IMG/VR virus record: IMGVR_UViG_3300025653_000129
Location: 1-33,823 of that record
Source: a virus
Lineage: Duplodnaviria > Caudoviricetes
DNA: 33,823 nt
Reading direction: 5' to 3' (one strand)
Positions 1 through 8,858 of the stretch are shown here, piece after piece. A model generated the notes under the pieces. It ran no database searches, was not told where the DNA came from, and worked only from the letters and a program-made list of their open reading frames with translations. Numbering within the stretch: the first letter of the stretch is position 1; each line of letters opens with the position of its first letter. The translations under genes and the position numbers were made by a program.

Positions 1-1
1 G

Positions 2-64
2 AGAATCTCGGCTCCTGTTCCTCAAGGCATAGCTGGAATACCTCGCACACCGATTATAGGTTAG
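2..64 (+). CDS. 3' end of an upstream gene (partial), ...RISAPVPQGIAGIPRTPIIG*
   Basis: Frame 2 is open from the window start to TAG at 62-64, 2 nt before the next ATG. Confidence 0.4.
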   Translation, partial: RISAPVPQGIAGIPRTPIIG

Positions 65-66
65 TT

Positions 67-195
67 ATGAAGTGTCGGCACTGTGGTAGGGAGATTGAGG
101 AGGATACGGTGGACAAGGCTCCTTCGTGTTCCTCTTGCTATCTGCCTTGGTTTTTCTTTTTAGCTCGGAGGGACTATGAACTGTTGGCATTGTAG
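67..195 (+). CDS. Small Zn-ribbon-like protein, 42 aa (MKCRHCG...CSSC...)
   Basis: Translated by hand (below ORF-track cutoff); two CxxC pairs. Confidence 0.6.
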   Translation: MKCRHCGREIEEDTVDKAPSCSSCYLPWFFFLARRDYELLAL

Positions 196-340
196 TACCG
201 AGTTAATTTGGGGCGGGGACCATGACATAGATGACGATGAGGACTATGTTATGGAGACGAACTTGTCGTGTCCTAGATGTAGAACGTTGGTAATGGTTTA
301 TTATCCCGCAGAGGAACAAGATGACCCTTCAGAGCTTTGA
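176..340 (+). CDS. Small Zn-ribbon-like phage protein, 54 aa (MNCWHCSTELIWGGDHD...SCPRC...)
   Basis: Translated by hand; GGAGGG RBS at 167-172; two CxxC pairs; overlaps the terminase start. Confidence 0.8.
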   Translation: MNCWHCSTELIWGGDHDIDDDEDYVMETNLSCPRCRTLVMVYYPAEEQDDPSEL

Positions 341-1796
341 TGCGCTTCCCGAGGAGGCGTTGAAAGAAATACTGGCTTTAACTGAGGCCAAGAAGCGGCT
401 TGATTTACAAGAGCAGGCGCAGAACAAGTTCATGCCGTTCGCGCATCATGTGTATGAGAACTTCATTGAGGGGCGTCATCACAGGGTGATTGCGGAGAAG
501 CTGGAGGCTGTGGCTCGTGGCGAGTTGAAGCGGTTGATTATTAACATGCCGCCTCGTCATTCGAAGTCCGAGTTTGCGAGTTACCTGATGCCTGCATGGT
601 TTTTGGGTAGGAACCCTAAACTAAAGATAATTCAGGCTACCCATAATACAGAACTAGCGGTACGTTTTGGTAGGAAGGTTCGAGATTTAATTGACGATCC
701 TGCGTATCGGGAGATTTTTCCGGAGACGAACTTGAAGGAAGACAACAAGGGCGCGGGAAAATGGGGCACTGACAAGGGCGGCGAGTATTTTGCGGCGGGT
801 GTTGGTGCGGCGGTCACGGGTCGTGGCGCGGATTTGTTTGTGATTGACGATCCACACTCGGAGCAGGACGCTATGAGCGACACTGCGTTTGATCATGCGT
901 ATGAGTGGTACACTTCTGGTCCCCGTCAGCGTCTACAACCGGGGGGTGCAATCATAATTGTTATGACCCGCTGGGGTAAGAAGGACCTTACGGGTCGATT
1001 ACTGGCCCGACAGGGCGGTGACATCATGGCAGACAAGTGGGAAGTGGTAGAATTTCCAGCAATTATGCCTAGCGGCAACCCTTTGTGGCCTGAGTTCTGG
1101 GAAAAAGACGCATTACTGGGAATTAAAGCGTCTTTGCCTGTTTCAAAGTGGTCTGCGCAGTGGCAACAGACGCCCACGGCCTCTGAATCTGCAATTATCA
1201 AGCGCGATTGGTGGCAACCGTGGGAGCAGGACAAGATTCCGACCTTAAAGTACGTCATGCAGTCGTATGACACGGCGTTTTCGAAGAAGGAAAGCGCGGA
1301 TTACAGCGCGATTACGACTTGGGGCGTGTTTAACCCGTTAGAGGGCGGTCCTGACCACATAATTTTGATGGATGCGCAGCGTGGTAGGTGGAGTTTCCCT
1401 GAATTAAAGGAAATTGCCTATGATGAGCACGAATACTGGGAACCAGACATGGTTATCATAGAAGCCAAGGCCACTGGACAACCTTTGATAGACGAATTAC
1501 GTCTCAAGGGCATTCCTGCCTTGGGTTTTTCTCCGGGCAGAGGCAAAGATAAGGTCACTAGGATGCACTTGGTAGCTCCGTTGTTTGAGGCGGGGATAGT
1601 TTGGTATCCGATGGACAAGAAGTTTCCTGAAGAGGTCATCGAAGAGGTTACTTCTTTTCCGTATGGTGACAATGACGATTATTGTGATAGTATGACCCTA
1701 GCTTTAATGCGTTTTCGGCAGGGTGGTTTCATCTATCTGGACGGCGAAGATGACCAAGAGGATGAGTGGAAACCTCGTAGACGGGAGTATTACTGA
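321..1796 (+). CDS. terL: Terminase large subunit
   Basis: Walker A-like MPPRHSKS, Walker B LFVIDDPH, motif VMTRW, C-terminal RNase H-like nuclease acids (SYDTA...ADYSA; DDYCDS); directly precedes portal. Confidence 0.96.
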   Translation: MTLQSFDALPEEALKEILALTEAKKRLDLQEQAQNKFMPFAHHVYENFIEGRHHRVIAEKLEAVARGELKRLIINMPPRHSKSEFASYLMPAWFLGRNPKLKIIQATHNTELAVRFGRKVRDLIDDPAYREIFPETNLKEDNKGAGKWGTDKGGEYFAAGVGAAVTGRGADLFVIDDPHSEQDAMSDTAFDHAYEWYTSGPRQRLQPGGAIIIVMTRWGKKDLTGRLLARQGGDIMADKWEVVEFPAIMPSGNPLWPEFWEKDALLGIKASLPVSKWSAQWQQTPTASESAIIKRDWWQPWEQDKIPTLKYVMQSYDTAFSKKESADYSAITTWGVFNPLEGGPDHIILMDAQRGRWSFPELKEIAYDEHEYWEPDMVIIEAKATGQPLIDELRLKGIPALGFSPGRGKDKVTRMHLVAPLFEAGIVWYPMDKKFPEEVIEEVTSFPYGDNDDYCDSMTLALMRFRQGGFIYLDGEDDQEDEWKPRRREYY

Positions 1797-4246
1797 TGGT
1801 GATGTCACCAGACATAGAAGTACCGATTAATGTGCCTATGGAGTTTCCTAACGGGGCCGAGGTTATTGATGACGGCATGGGCGGGGCGATAGTCCAGTCT
1901 ATGGAAGAGATGCCAATGGATATACCTGATGACATTCCGTTTGATGCAAACTTAGCAGAATACTTGGATGACGGTGTTCTTGGCGAGATATCCTCTGATC
2001 TTCGTGGTTTATACGAGGAAGATTTAGAGTCGAGGTCCGATTGGGAGCAGACGTACACCAAGGGTTTGGATTTACTGGGTCTAAAGACCGAGGAGCGCAC
2101 AACTCCGTTTGAGGGTGCGTCTGGTATTGTGCATCCCATGATTAGCGAAAGTGTCACGCAGTTTCAGGCGCAGGCATACAAGGAGCTTTTGCCAGCGGGT
2201 GGCCCTGTTAGGACTCGTCTTATGGGTATGCAGGACCAAGCTCGTGAGGATCAGGCTAATCGTGTAGAGCACTTTATGAACTACCAGATTACGGAGATCA
2301 TGGAAGAGTACGATCCGGACATGGATCAGATGCTGTTTTATCTCCCTTTGTCTGGCTCTACGTTTAAAAAGGTTTACTTCGACCCCACTAAACAACGTGC
2401 AGTTGCACAGTTTATACCAGCACAAGATTTAGTTGTGCCGTACTCTGCTTCTGACTTGGCTACGAGCAATCGGGTCACTCATGTTTTGCGCATGGACATC
2501 AACGATGTACGCAAGATGCAGGTTGGCGGCATGTATCGTGACGTTGATCTAAAGGAGGGCGGCGAGGTTGAGGCTGACTCTGTTCGTCAGAAGGTTAACG
2601 AGCTAGAGGGCTTATCAAAGAATTACTCGGACGATGTTCTGACGGTGCTAGAGATGCATGCGGACATGGACATTGATGGTTTTGAGGACATAAACCCTGA
2701 GACAGGGGAGCCATCGGGCATAAAACTGCCATATATCATTACGATTGATGACAACTCGGGACAGGTCCTGTCTATTCGGCGCAACTATGACGGCGCTGAC
2801 CCAGTTCGTCGTAAGCGTCAATACTTTGTTCACTACAAGTTTATGCCCGGATTAGGGTTTTATGGCTTTGGTTTAGTGCATATGATTGGCGGCTTAGGTC
2901 GCGCATCAACTAGCATTTTGCGCCAGTTGATTGACGCTGGTACATTAGCTAATCTTCCGGCTGGTTTCAAGGCTCGTGGTGTTCGCGTTCGTAACTCTGA
3001 TGAGCCACTGCAACCGGGAGAGTGGCGGGACATTGATGTTCCGGGCGGTGCAATTAGAGATTCAATAATTCCTCTGCCATACAAGGAGCCTTCGGCTACC
3101 TTGGCACAGATGCTTGGCGGGTTGGTTGCAGATGGCAGACGCTTTATATCTGTAGCAGACCAACAGGTTCCAGACATGAACCAAGAGACGCCAGTCGGCA
3201 CGACTGTTGCGTTATTGGAACGTGGATCAAAGGTTATGTCCGCGATTCACAAACGTTTGCACTACGCGCAGAAAACCGAGTTTCGGCTTTTGGCGCGTAT
3301 CTTCGCTGAAAACCTACCTCCTGTTTACCCATATGAGGTGTCTGGGGCACCCCAGCAGGTTAAGGCGCAAGACTTCGACGGCAGGGTTGACGTCCTCCCA
3401 GTCAGTGACCCTAACATTTTTTCGATGGCGCAGCGAGTTACATTGGCCCAACAACAACTGCAGTTGGCTCAGTCAAACCCGCAAATGCATAACCTCCATG
3501 CGGCCTATCGTAGAATGTATCAGGCGTTGGAGGTGCAAAACATTAACGAGATTCTTCCTCCCCCTCCACAACCGCAGCCAAAGGACCCTGCGATGGAGAA
3601 CGCGGACATGATTTCGGGACAACCAGCCAAGGCCTTCCCTCCTCAAGACCACGATGCTCACATACAGGCTCACTTGAGTTTGTTGAATTTGCCAATACTT
3701 CAAAACACTCCTCCTGTTCTGGCGGGGTTGATCACTCATGTGTTGGAGCATGTTTCACTGAAGTCCCGTGAAGTGGTTATGGAGCAGGTACAGTCTCTTG
3801 TTGCGGAACCGCAGCAGCAGATGCAGCAACTACAACAGATGGCTCAGGCGGGGGCTATATCGCCTCAGCAAGCCCAGCAGCAGATGCAGCAACTGCAGCC
3901 ACAACAGTTTTCCCCTGAGCAGATAGAGGCTCAGGTTGCGGTAGTGGAAGCGGAGTTGATGGCGGATATCATGCCTCGTTTGGCAGCGGGTCAGAAGAGT
4001 GCTGAAGAAGACCCACTGGTTCAAATTCGCATGCAGGAACTTCAGATCAAGCAGATGGAAGCGGAGCACAAAGCTGCGATGGATCAGGCTAAGATTGAGA
4101 TAGAGGGTGCCAAGCTAGAGCAACGTGCGGTAACGGATGCGGCTCGTTTGGACTTGCAGGAAGAGATTGCCGACAACCGAAACGAAGTAAACCAAGATCG
4201 CATTGAGATGCAACGTGAGTCTATGATGCGGAAGGGACTAGGATAA
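1796..4246 (+). CDS. Portal protein
   Basis: 816 aa after terL; acidic N-terminus, motifs GSTFKKVY, GFYGFG, LIDAGTLANLPAGF; long Q-rich coiled C-terminus as in P22-like barrel-bearing portals. Confidence 0.9.
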   Translation: MVMSPDIEVPINVPMEFPNGAEVIDDGMGGAIVQSMEEMPMDIPDDIPFDANLAEYLDDGVLGEISSDLRGLYEEDLESRSDWEQTYTKGLDLLGLKTEERTTPFEGASGIVHPMISESVTQFQAQAYKELLPAGGPVRTRLMGMQDQAREDQANRVEHFMNYQITEIMEEYDPDMDQMLFYLPLSGSTFKKVYFDPTKQRAVAQFIPAQDLVVPYSASDLATSNRVTHVLRMDINDVRKMQVGGMYRDVDLKEGGEVEADSVRQKVNELEGLSKNYSDDVLTVLEMHADMDIDGFEDINPETGEPSGIKLPYIITIDDNSGQVLSIRRNYDGADPVRRKRQYFVHYKFMPGLGFYGFGLVHMIGGLGRASTSILRQLIDAGTLANLPAGFKARGVRVRNSDEPLQPGEWRDIDVPGGAIRDSIIPLPYKEPSATLAQMLGGLVADGRRFISVADQQVPDMNQETPVGTTVALLERGSKVMSAIHKRLHYAQKTEFRLLARIFAENLPPVYPYEVSGAPQQVKAQDFDGRVDVLPVSDPNIFSMAQRVTLAQQQLQLAQSNPQMHNLHAAYRRMYQALEVQNINEILPPPPQPQPKDPAMENADMISGQPAKAFPPQDHDAHIQAHLSLLNLPILQNTPPVLAGLITHVLEHVSLKSREVVMEQVQSLVAEPQQQMQQLQQMAQAGAISPQQAQQQMQQLQPQQFSPEQIEAQVAVVEAELMADIMPRLAAGQKSAEEDPLVQIRMQELQIKQMEAEHKAAMDQAKIEIEGAKLEQRAVTDAARLDLQEEIADNRNEVNQDRIEMQRESMMRKGLG

Positions 4247-4256
4247 TTGTGCGTCC

Positions 4257-4736
4257 ATGATAGACCCTGTAACGGCATTTGCAGCCGCTAACGCGGCCTT
4301 TAAAGGCGTTAAAATGTTGGTTGGCGCTGGTCGTGAGATACAGGATGTCAGCAAGCAACTTGGTGCGTGGTACGGTGCGGTTGCTGATATCTCCAAGGCA
4401 GAGTCTCAGCGCAAGAAACCTACGTGGTTAGATAAGCAGACTCACGGAACTGATAACATAGAGCAGCAAGCTATGGATATCGTGATCCGAAAGAAGACTT
4501 TGCTTGAAAAGGAAAAAGAGATTAAGTTTATGCTGGACTATAGGTTTGGTTTGGGGACTTATGATGAGATGCTGGGGATGCGCCGTAAGATACGTGCTGA
4601 GAGAGAAGCAACAATTTATGCTGCTATGGAATCTAGAAGGCAGTTGGCTAACAACGCGGCTATTGGCGGATTGACTTTGGGCATAGTCGGCGTGTTGGGT
4701 GGTGGGATTTATTTAATAGTATTGGCTACGCAATGA
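4257..4736 (+). CDS. Hypothetical protein, coiled-coil with C-terminal transmembrane segment
   Basis: 159 aa; C-terminal hydrophobic GGLTLGIVGVLGGGIYLIVL; ATGA overlap with next gene. Confidence 0.75.
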   Translation: MIDPVTAFAAANAAFKGVKMLVGAGREIQDVSKQLGAWYGAVADISKAESQRKKPTWLDKQTHGTDNIEQQAMDIVIRKKTLLEKEKEIKFMLDYRFGLGTYDEMLGMRRKIRAEREATIYAAMESRRQLANNAAIGGLTLGIVGVLGGGIYLIVLATQ

Positions 4737-4999
4737 TACACGCTCTTATATTGTCTGTGGCGCTTGCTGGTGTGGCAAACCCAACTCATGTTAAATGTCA
4801 TCTTTGGAAAAGGTTTACGGACGTAAATGATCAAAAGATATGTGTGTATAGATTCAGTGCGGGTTTTGGTGGGCTGGGATATCATTACCCTACGCTTAGT
4901 TTTTCAGAGTGTCCGAAAGTATTTAGTTGTGTCTATGAGAAGAAAGATAAACGCCCTAGTTTATCGGAAATATTAGATGGCCTGAAAGGAGGGTTCTAA
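4733..4999 (+). CDS. Hypothetical exported Cys-containing protein
   Basis: 88 aa; signal-peptide-like N-terminus, 4 Cys; coupled on both sides. Confidence 0.7.
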   Translation: MIHALILSVALAGVANPTHVKCHLWKRFTDVNDQKICVYRFSAGFGGLGYHYPTLSFSECPKVFSCVYEKKDKRPSLSEILDGLKGGF

Positions 5000-5199
5000 T
5001 GTCTATGACTTTTAACACTATACTAGAATATCGTCTCATGCCGAGACTTATGATGTTTGTAATGACCGTGATGTATATACGGGTTCTGGAGTGGGGGATG
5101 ACTTTAGAGGATTTGTCCACACAGCAGTCCACGATGATATCAATTTGTTCTGGGTCCATGACGGGCGCATTTGCGGTATGGCTAGGATCAGAGAAATGA
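4999..5199 (+). CDS. Small two-TM membrane protein (holin/antiholin-like)
   Basis: 66 aa, two hydrophobic segments, in the lysis cluster; TAATG overlap. Confidence 0.6.
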   Translation: MSMTFNTILEYRLMPRLMMFVMTVMYIRVLEWGMTLEDLSTQQSTMISICSGSMTGAFAVWLGSEK

Positions 5200-5651
5200 T
5201 GGCGCTGTTAGGAAGTTTACTGGGCTTTGGGAGTTCTTTTCTCCCCGAGGTTCTCAGTTATTTTAAAGCTAATCAAGTGCAGAAGCATCGTATGGAGATG
5301 ATGCAGCTTGAGACGCAGTTGGCGCAGAAGCGTTCTGAGATGAAGCTGGTTGAGCTTGATAAGCAGGCGGACATTGCAGAAACAAAAGGGTTGTATGAGC
5401 ATGACCGATCTATTGACGCTGGAGGCTTTATCAACGCTCTCAGGGGTAGTGTTCGTCCTGTTATTACTTATGCCTTCTTCGGATTGTTTGTAGCCACCAA
5501 GGTGGTCATCATGGTCAAGGTGGGACAATCTGGGGGTAATTGGACGGAAGCGGTAGAGCTTATGTGGGACCCCGAAACTGCCGGACTCATGAGCGCAGTT
5601 TTAGCTTTCTGGTTCGGAAATCGGGCCATATCTAAGTACGCATCTAAATGA
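5196..5651 (+). CDS. Putative holin (resembles the 3-TM gene-transfer-agent holin family)
   Basis: Start moved to ATG 5196 (ATGA overlap, MMALLGSLLG...); motifs LRGSVRPVITY and FWFGNR; three hydrophobic segments; upstream of endolysin. Confidence 0.7.
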   Translation: MMALLGSLLGFGSSFLPEVLSYFKANQVQKHRMEMMQLETQLAQKRSEMKLVELDKQADIAETKGLYEHDRSIDAGGFINALRGSVRPVITYAFFGLFVATKVVIMVKVGQSGGNWTEAVELMWDPETAGLMSAVLAFWFGNRAISKYASK

Positions 5652-5767
5652 CCGAGAAGGTAGTTCCTTTTCCAAAGCTATCTGAGGCTGACCAACAGTG
5701 GCTTGACTTAAAGAGACAACAGGAACTTATTCGGCAACAGGCTAAACACATAGAAAGTAAAGGATGA
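5648..5767 (+). CDS. Small hypothetical protein, 39 aa (MTEKVVPFPK...)
   Basis: Translated by hand; ATGA overlap with the holin stop; fills the gap before the endolysin. Confidence 0.6.
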   Translation: MTEKVVPFPKLSEADQQWLDLKRQQELIRQQAKHIESKG

Positions 5768-5770
5768 ATC

Positions 5771-6226
5771 ATGGGATACAAATTAGGAAAACGAAGCTTG
5801 TCAAGGCTCGAAGGAGTCAACGACGATCTGGTAACTGTCGTGAAGTACGCTATCGGCGTTACGAAGCAGGACTTCAGTGTGATCTGCGGTCTGCGAACGA
5901 TAGAGGAGCAGAAGGCCTTAGTTGCAAAAGGGGCATCGCAAACCATGAAATCGAAACACATTGACGGCAACGCCGTTGATCTGATGGCTTATTGCGATGG
6001 TGGTGGCCGATGGGAACTCAACCTGTATGATGAGATTGCTGATGCTATGAAAGAAGGCGCAGAGGCTACAGGTGTTAAGCTACGGTGGGGCGCTGCGTGG
6101 ACTATTGATGATCTTGCTGCTTATGACGGTACGGCAGAACACGCTATGTGTTCGTACATAGATACACGCCGATCACAGTCTCGAAGGCCCTTCATTGATG
6201 CTCCACACTTTGAAGTTATGTTTTAA
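5771..6226 (+). CDS. Endolysin, M15-family Zn peptidase (L-Ala-D-Glu peptidase-like)
   Basis: GLRT..EQ, SKHIDGNAVD (SxHxxGxAxD) and C-terminal DAPHFE zinc-ligand motifs. Confidence 0.9.
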   Translation: MGYKLGKRSLSRLEGVNDDLVTVVKYAIGVTKQDFSVICGLRTIEEQKALVAKGASQTMKSKHIDGNAVDLMAYCDGGGRWELNLYDEIADAMKEGAEATGVKLRWGAAWTIDDLAAYDGTAEHAMCSYIDTRRSQSRRPFIDAPHFEVMF

Positions 6227-6438
6227 TGCATGTGTTCGTCCTCATGCTGTATCTTGGCTATGGGGACGAGCGTAAGCTGGCTGTGGATGATTTGTACTTC
6301 TACCAGTTGGATGTTTGCAACAGGGTGGCGCAGGCTCTTGTGGAGCGTTACAGTACCCACGGCATTGGTTTATCAGATCGCGCTGTGGCGTATTGTGTGC
6401 CCATGAAAATTGACACTGACGAAACTAACGTGTATTGA
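6226..6438 (+). CDS. Small hypothetical protein with hydrophobic N-terminus and a Cys pair
   Basis: 70 aa; TAATG overlap with endolysin. Confidence 0.7.
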   Translation: MHVFVLMLYLGYGDERKLAVDDLYFYQLDVCNRVAQALVERYSTHGIGLSDRAVAYCVPMKIDTDETNVY

Positions 6439-6466
6439 TAAGCATACTTTATCTAGGGAGCCGGAC

Positions 6467-6619
6467 ATGGCGATGAAGAAAAAAGGGTATCGCGCTGGGG
6501 GTAAAACTTCAGTTAAGAAAATGATGGCGGGTGGTCGTGCTAAGATGAAGCCCAAAGGCATGAAAGTCGGTGGTCGTGCTAAGATGAAGATGAAAAAAGG
6601 CGGTAGAGCCAAGACATAA
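6467..6619 (+). CDS. Very basic 50-aa protein with four xxGG(R/K) repeats
   Basis: Start moved to ATG 6467 behind AGGGAG (6455-6460); MAMKKKGYRAGGK...; no acidic residues. Confidence 0.8.
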   Translation: MAMKKKGYRAGGKTSVKKMMAGGRAKMKPKGMKVGGRAKMKMKKGGRAKT

Positions 6620-6622
6620 CAC

Positions 6623-7297
6623 ATGGCTTATTTACATTCTAACGTGCCTTATTTTAAGGCATGGGTAAGGCGTGAGTACACTCATAACCATGAGCAGTAC
6701 CACGGTGAGTTCTTGCATGCGATGGTGATTGGTGTGACTTCGATGCCGAATAGGTGTCTTAGTTTTCAGGTTATCTTCACAGGTTGCGAAGCAGAGGACG
6801 AGGAAGAAGACACAGTACACGGCGGAGCAATGTGGGCAAGAATGCCTATCACTGCCTTGGTGGCAGACATTCCTTTGGAGGAGTGGCCTGAGCCTATGCA
6901 GACGTATGATGCTCAACCGTGGGATTGTTCGTCGCATCATCATGCTGTTTATGTCATGGACAGGGCTACTCCATGCCCTTGGATGGCGAAGATAGACGGA
7001 GAGATGTATGCCGCGAAATACTTGTTTACTGTAGATTACACGGAGAGTGAGATTGCGGATGACCCTGCTCAACACAAGCAGTCTCATGTCCTTCAGCTAT
7101 TGGACGCTGGGGAGTGGACTGGGAATATAGTGGCGTTACCTAACAACAGAGTTCGGGTCACTCACCCTGCTTGGTTTGAGGTTGGAGAAGGAGCGCCGGA
7201 CTTTAGGCCGTCTCAGCAAGTACACTATTCAAAGTCTGATCTTGACTACACGCTGGACGTGAATCGAATATTCAATAACTTGTATCAGGAAGATTGA
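6623..7297 (+). CDS. Hypothetical phage protein, 224 aa
   Basis: Long ORF in operon; globular composition, W/H/C-rich (PWDCSSHHH, HKQSH, LPNNR). Confidence 0.85.
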   Translation: MAYLHSNVPYFKAWVRREYTHNHEQYHGEFLHAMVIGVTSMPNRCLSFQVIFTGCEAEDEEEDTVHGGAMWARMPITALVADIPLEEWPEPMQTYDAQPWDCSSHHHAVYVMDRATPCPWMAKIDGEMYAAKYLFTVDYTESEIADDPAQHKQSHVLQLLDAGEWTGNIVALPNNRVRVTHPAWFEVGEGAPDFRPSQQVHYSKSDLDYTLDVNRIFNNLYQED

Positions 7298-7509
7298 TGG
7301 ACGGTGTTGCATTAGCTGCGTACTTGTATAAAGTGCTGCGAGAGCGTGAAGAGGAACTCGCGGACGCTCTATCGAATGGTGTTGCCAAAGACTGGGAGCA
7401 TTATAAATCTTTGGTGGGAGAGATACGGGGACTTTCCTACGCGCGGTCAGAGCTTAAAACCCTGCTGGAGAATAACGCAGAAGATGTCGAAGACCTTATA
7501 TCTTCCTGA
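7297..7509 (+). CDS. Small helical hypothetical protein preceding GroES
   Basis: ATG 7297 overlaps the previous TGA; motif DWEHYKSLVGEIRGL. Confidence 0.8.
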   Translation: MDGVALAAYLYKVLREREEELADALSNGVAKDWEHYKSLVGEIRGLSYARSELKTLLENNAEDVEDLISS

Positions 7510-7969
7510 ACATCTCGCGCAAAAAATGAACAAAGGAAAGGCCGATGCTTCGGACCCTTCTGTTGTTGATGGCGCGTATGTTGACGCCAAGGACCGAGTG
7601 CTAGACCCGGACCTTTTAGATAAATCCCTTCTTGATAGGCTACCGCAACCCACGGGTTGGCGGCTTTTGGTGATGCCTTATCAGGGGGCTTCCAAAACCA
7701 CGGGTGGTTTACACATCCCTGACGAGGTTAGAGACCGAGAGGCGGTGGCGACAGTAGTTGCTTACGTTTTAAAACTTGGACCTTTGGCTTATGATGACCC
7801 TTCAAAATTCGGTACGCAGGTTGACCCGTGGTGCAAGGAAGGCGATTGGGTTTGTATCGGTCGATATTCTGGGTCGAGGTTTAAGATAGAGGGCGGTGAA
7901 GTTCGCATCATTAATGATGACGAGGTGATAGCCACTCTTCTGGAACCAGATGACATCAAGCACGTTTAG
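7484..7969 (+). CDS. groES: Co-chaperonin GroES (Cpn10)-like protein with N-terminal extension
   Basis: LPQPTGWRLLV, KTTGGLHIPD mobile loop, VLKLGP, KEGDWV..GRYSG, RIINDDEVIA; likely start ATG 7484 (MSKTLYLP). Confidence 0.88.
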   Translation: MSKTLYLPEHLAQKMNKGKADASDPSVVDGAYVDAKDRVLDPDLLDKSLLDRLPQPTGWRLLVMPYQGASKTTGGLHIPDEVRDREAVATVVAYVLKLGPLAYDDPSKFGTQVDPWCKEGDWVCIGRYSGSRFKIEGGEVRIINDDEVIATLLEPDDIKHV

Positions 7970-7978
7970 GGGGCTACA

Positions 7979-8854
7979 ATGGCAGAAGAACAAACAGTTA
8001 TGGAAGACGAGTCTGTAGAAGTAGAGATTGATGCTCCGGAGGGAGAGTCAGAACAAGTCGAGGTTTCTGCAGAAACGGAACAGAAGAGCGATGAGGAACT
8101 TGAGAATTATAGTTCCAACGTTCAGAAGCGCATCTCTAAGCTTACTGAAAAGTATCGAAATGAGGAACGGGTTAGCCAAGAGGCCACTCGTGTTGCTCAG
8201 GAGCTTATGAACGAGAACAAGCATCTTAAAGACCGCATGCAGAACTTGGACAAAGGATATTTGTCTGAGTACGGCGGTAGAGTTGAAGCTCAGATGGACG
8301 CGGCTAAGAGAGTGTTCAAGGAAGCTCATGAGACGGGCGATGCTGATAAGATGGTTCAGGCTCAGGAGGCGATGTCAAAGATCGCTATTGAGCAAGAACG
8401 TCTTCGTATAGCTAAGGAACGTTCTGACAAAGCAGAGGTTGCGAAGGAGGAGACGTTTACTCCAGCCGCCACGCCTCCCCCAGAAAAACCTGCGGCAAAG
8501 CCCGATCCCAAAGCGCAGTCTTGGGCAGAGAGCAATACGTGGTTTGGCGCGGATGAGGTCATGACTTACGCAGCTTTTGGAATACACCAAAAGATGGTAG
8601 AGCAAGAAGGGTTTGACCCGACGAGCGATGACTACTATAGTGAGGTTGATCGCCGTATACGTGTGGAGTTTCCACACAAGTTTCAAAAGGCGAACAAAAC
8701 GGGAGGAGCACAGGTCGCATCCGCTGGCGCATCCGCATCCCGCAGCACTACAAAACAGGGGCGCAAGTCGGTTAAGCTCTCACCGTCACAAATAGCGATG
8801 GCGAAACGTTTGAACGTGCCGCTTGAAGAATACGCTAAGTATGTGAAGGATTAA
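7979..8854 (+). CDS. Putative capsid scaffolding protein
   Basis: Acidic N-terminus, long coiled coil, C-terminal helix-turn-helix (LSPSQIAMAKRLNVPLEEYAKY); upstream of capsid genes. Confidence 0.65.
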   Translation: MAEEQTVMEDESVEVEIDAPEGESEQVEVSAETEQKSDEELENYSSNVQKRISKLTEKYRNEERVSQEATRVAQELMNENKHLKDRMQNLDKGYLSEYGGRVEAQMDAAKRVFKEAHETGDADKMVQAQEAMSKIAIEQERLRIAKERSDKAEVAKEETFTPAATPPPEKPAAKPDPKAQSWAESNTWFGADEVMTYAAFGIHQKMVEQEGFDPTSDDYYSEVDRRIRVEFPHKFQKANKTGGAQVASAGASASRSTTKQGRKSVKLSPSQIAMAKRLNVPLEEYAKYVKD

Positions 8855-8858
8855 GACT

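Noticed and set aside
7346-7483. Open-frame extension upstream of GroES, a possible frameshift fusion with the 7297 gene
   Set aside because: No clear slippery heptamer or stimulatory structure; a simple overlap with start at 7484 explains it
8716-8745. CGCATCC x3 near the scaffold 3' end as a possible operator
   Set aside because: Explained by coding for ASAGASASRS
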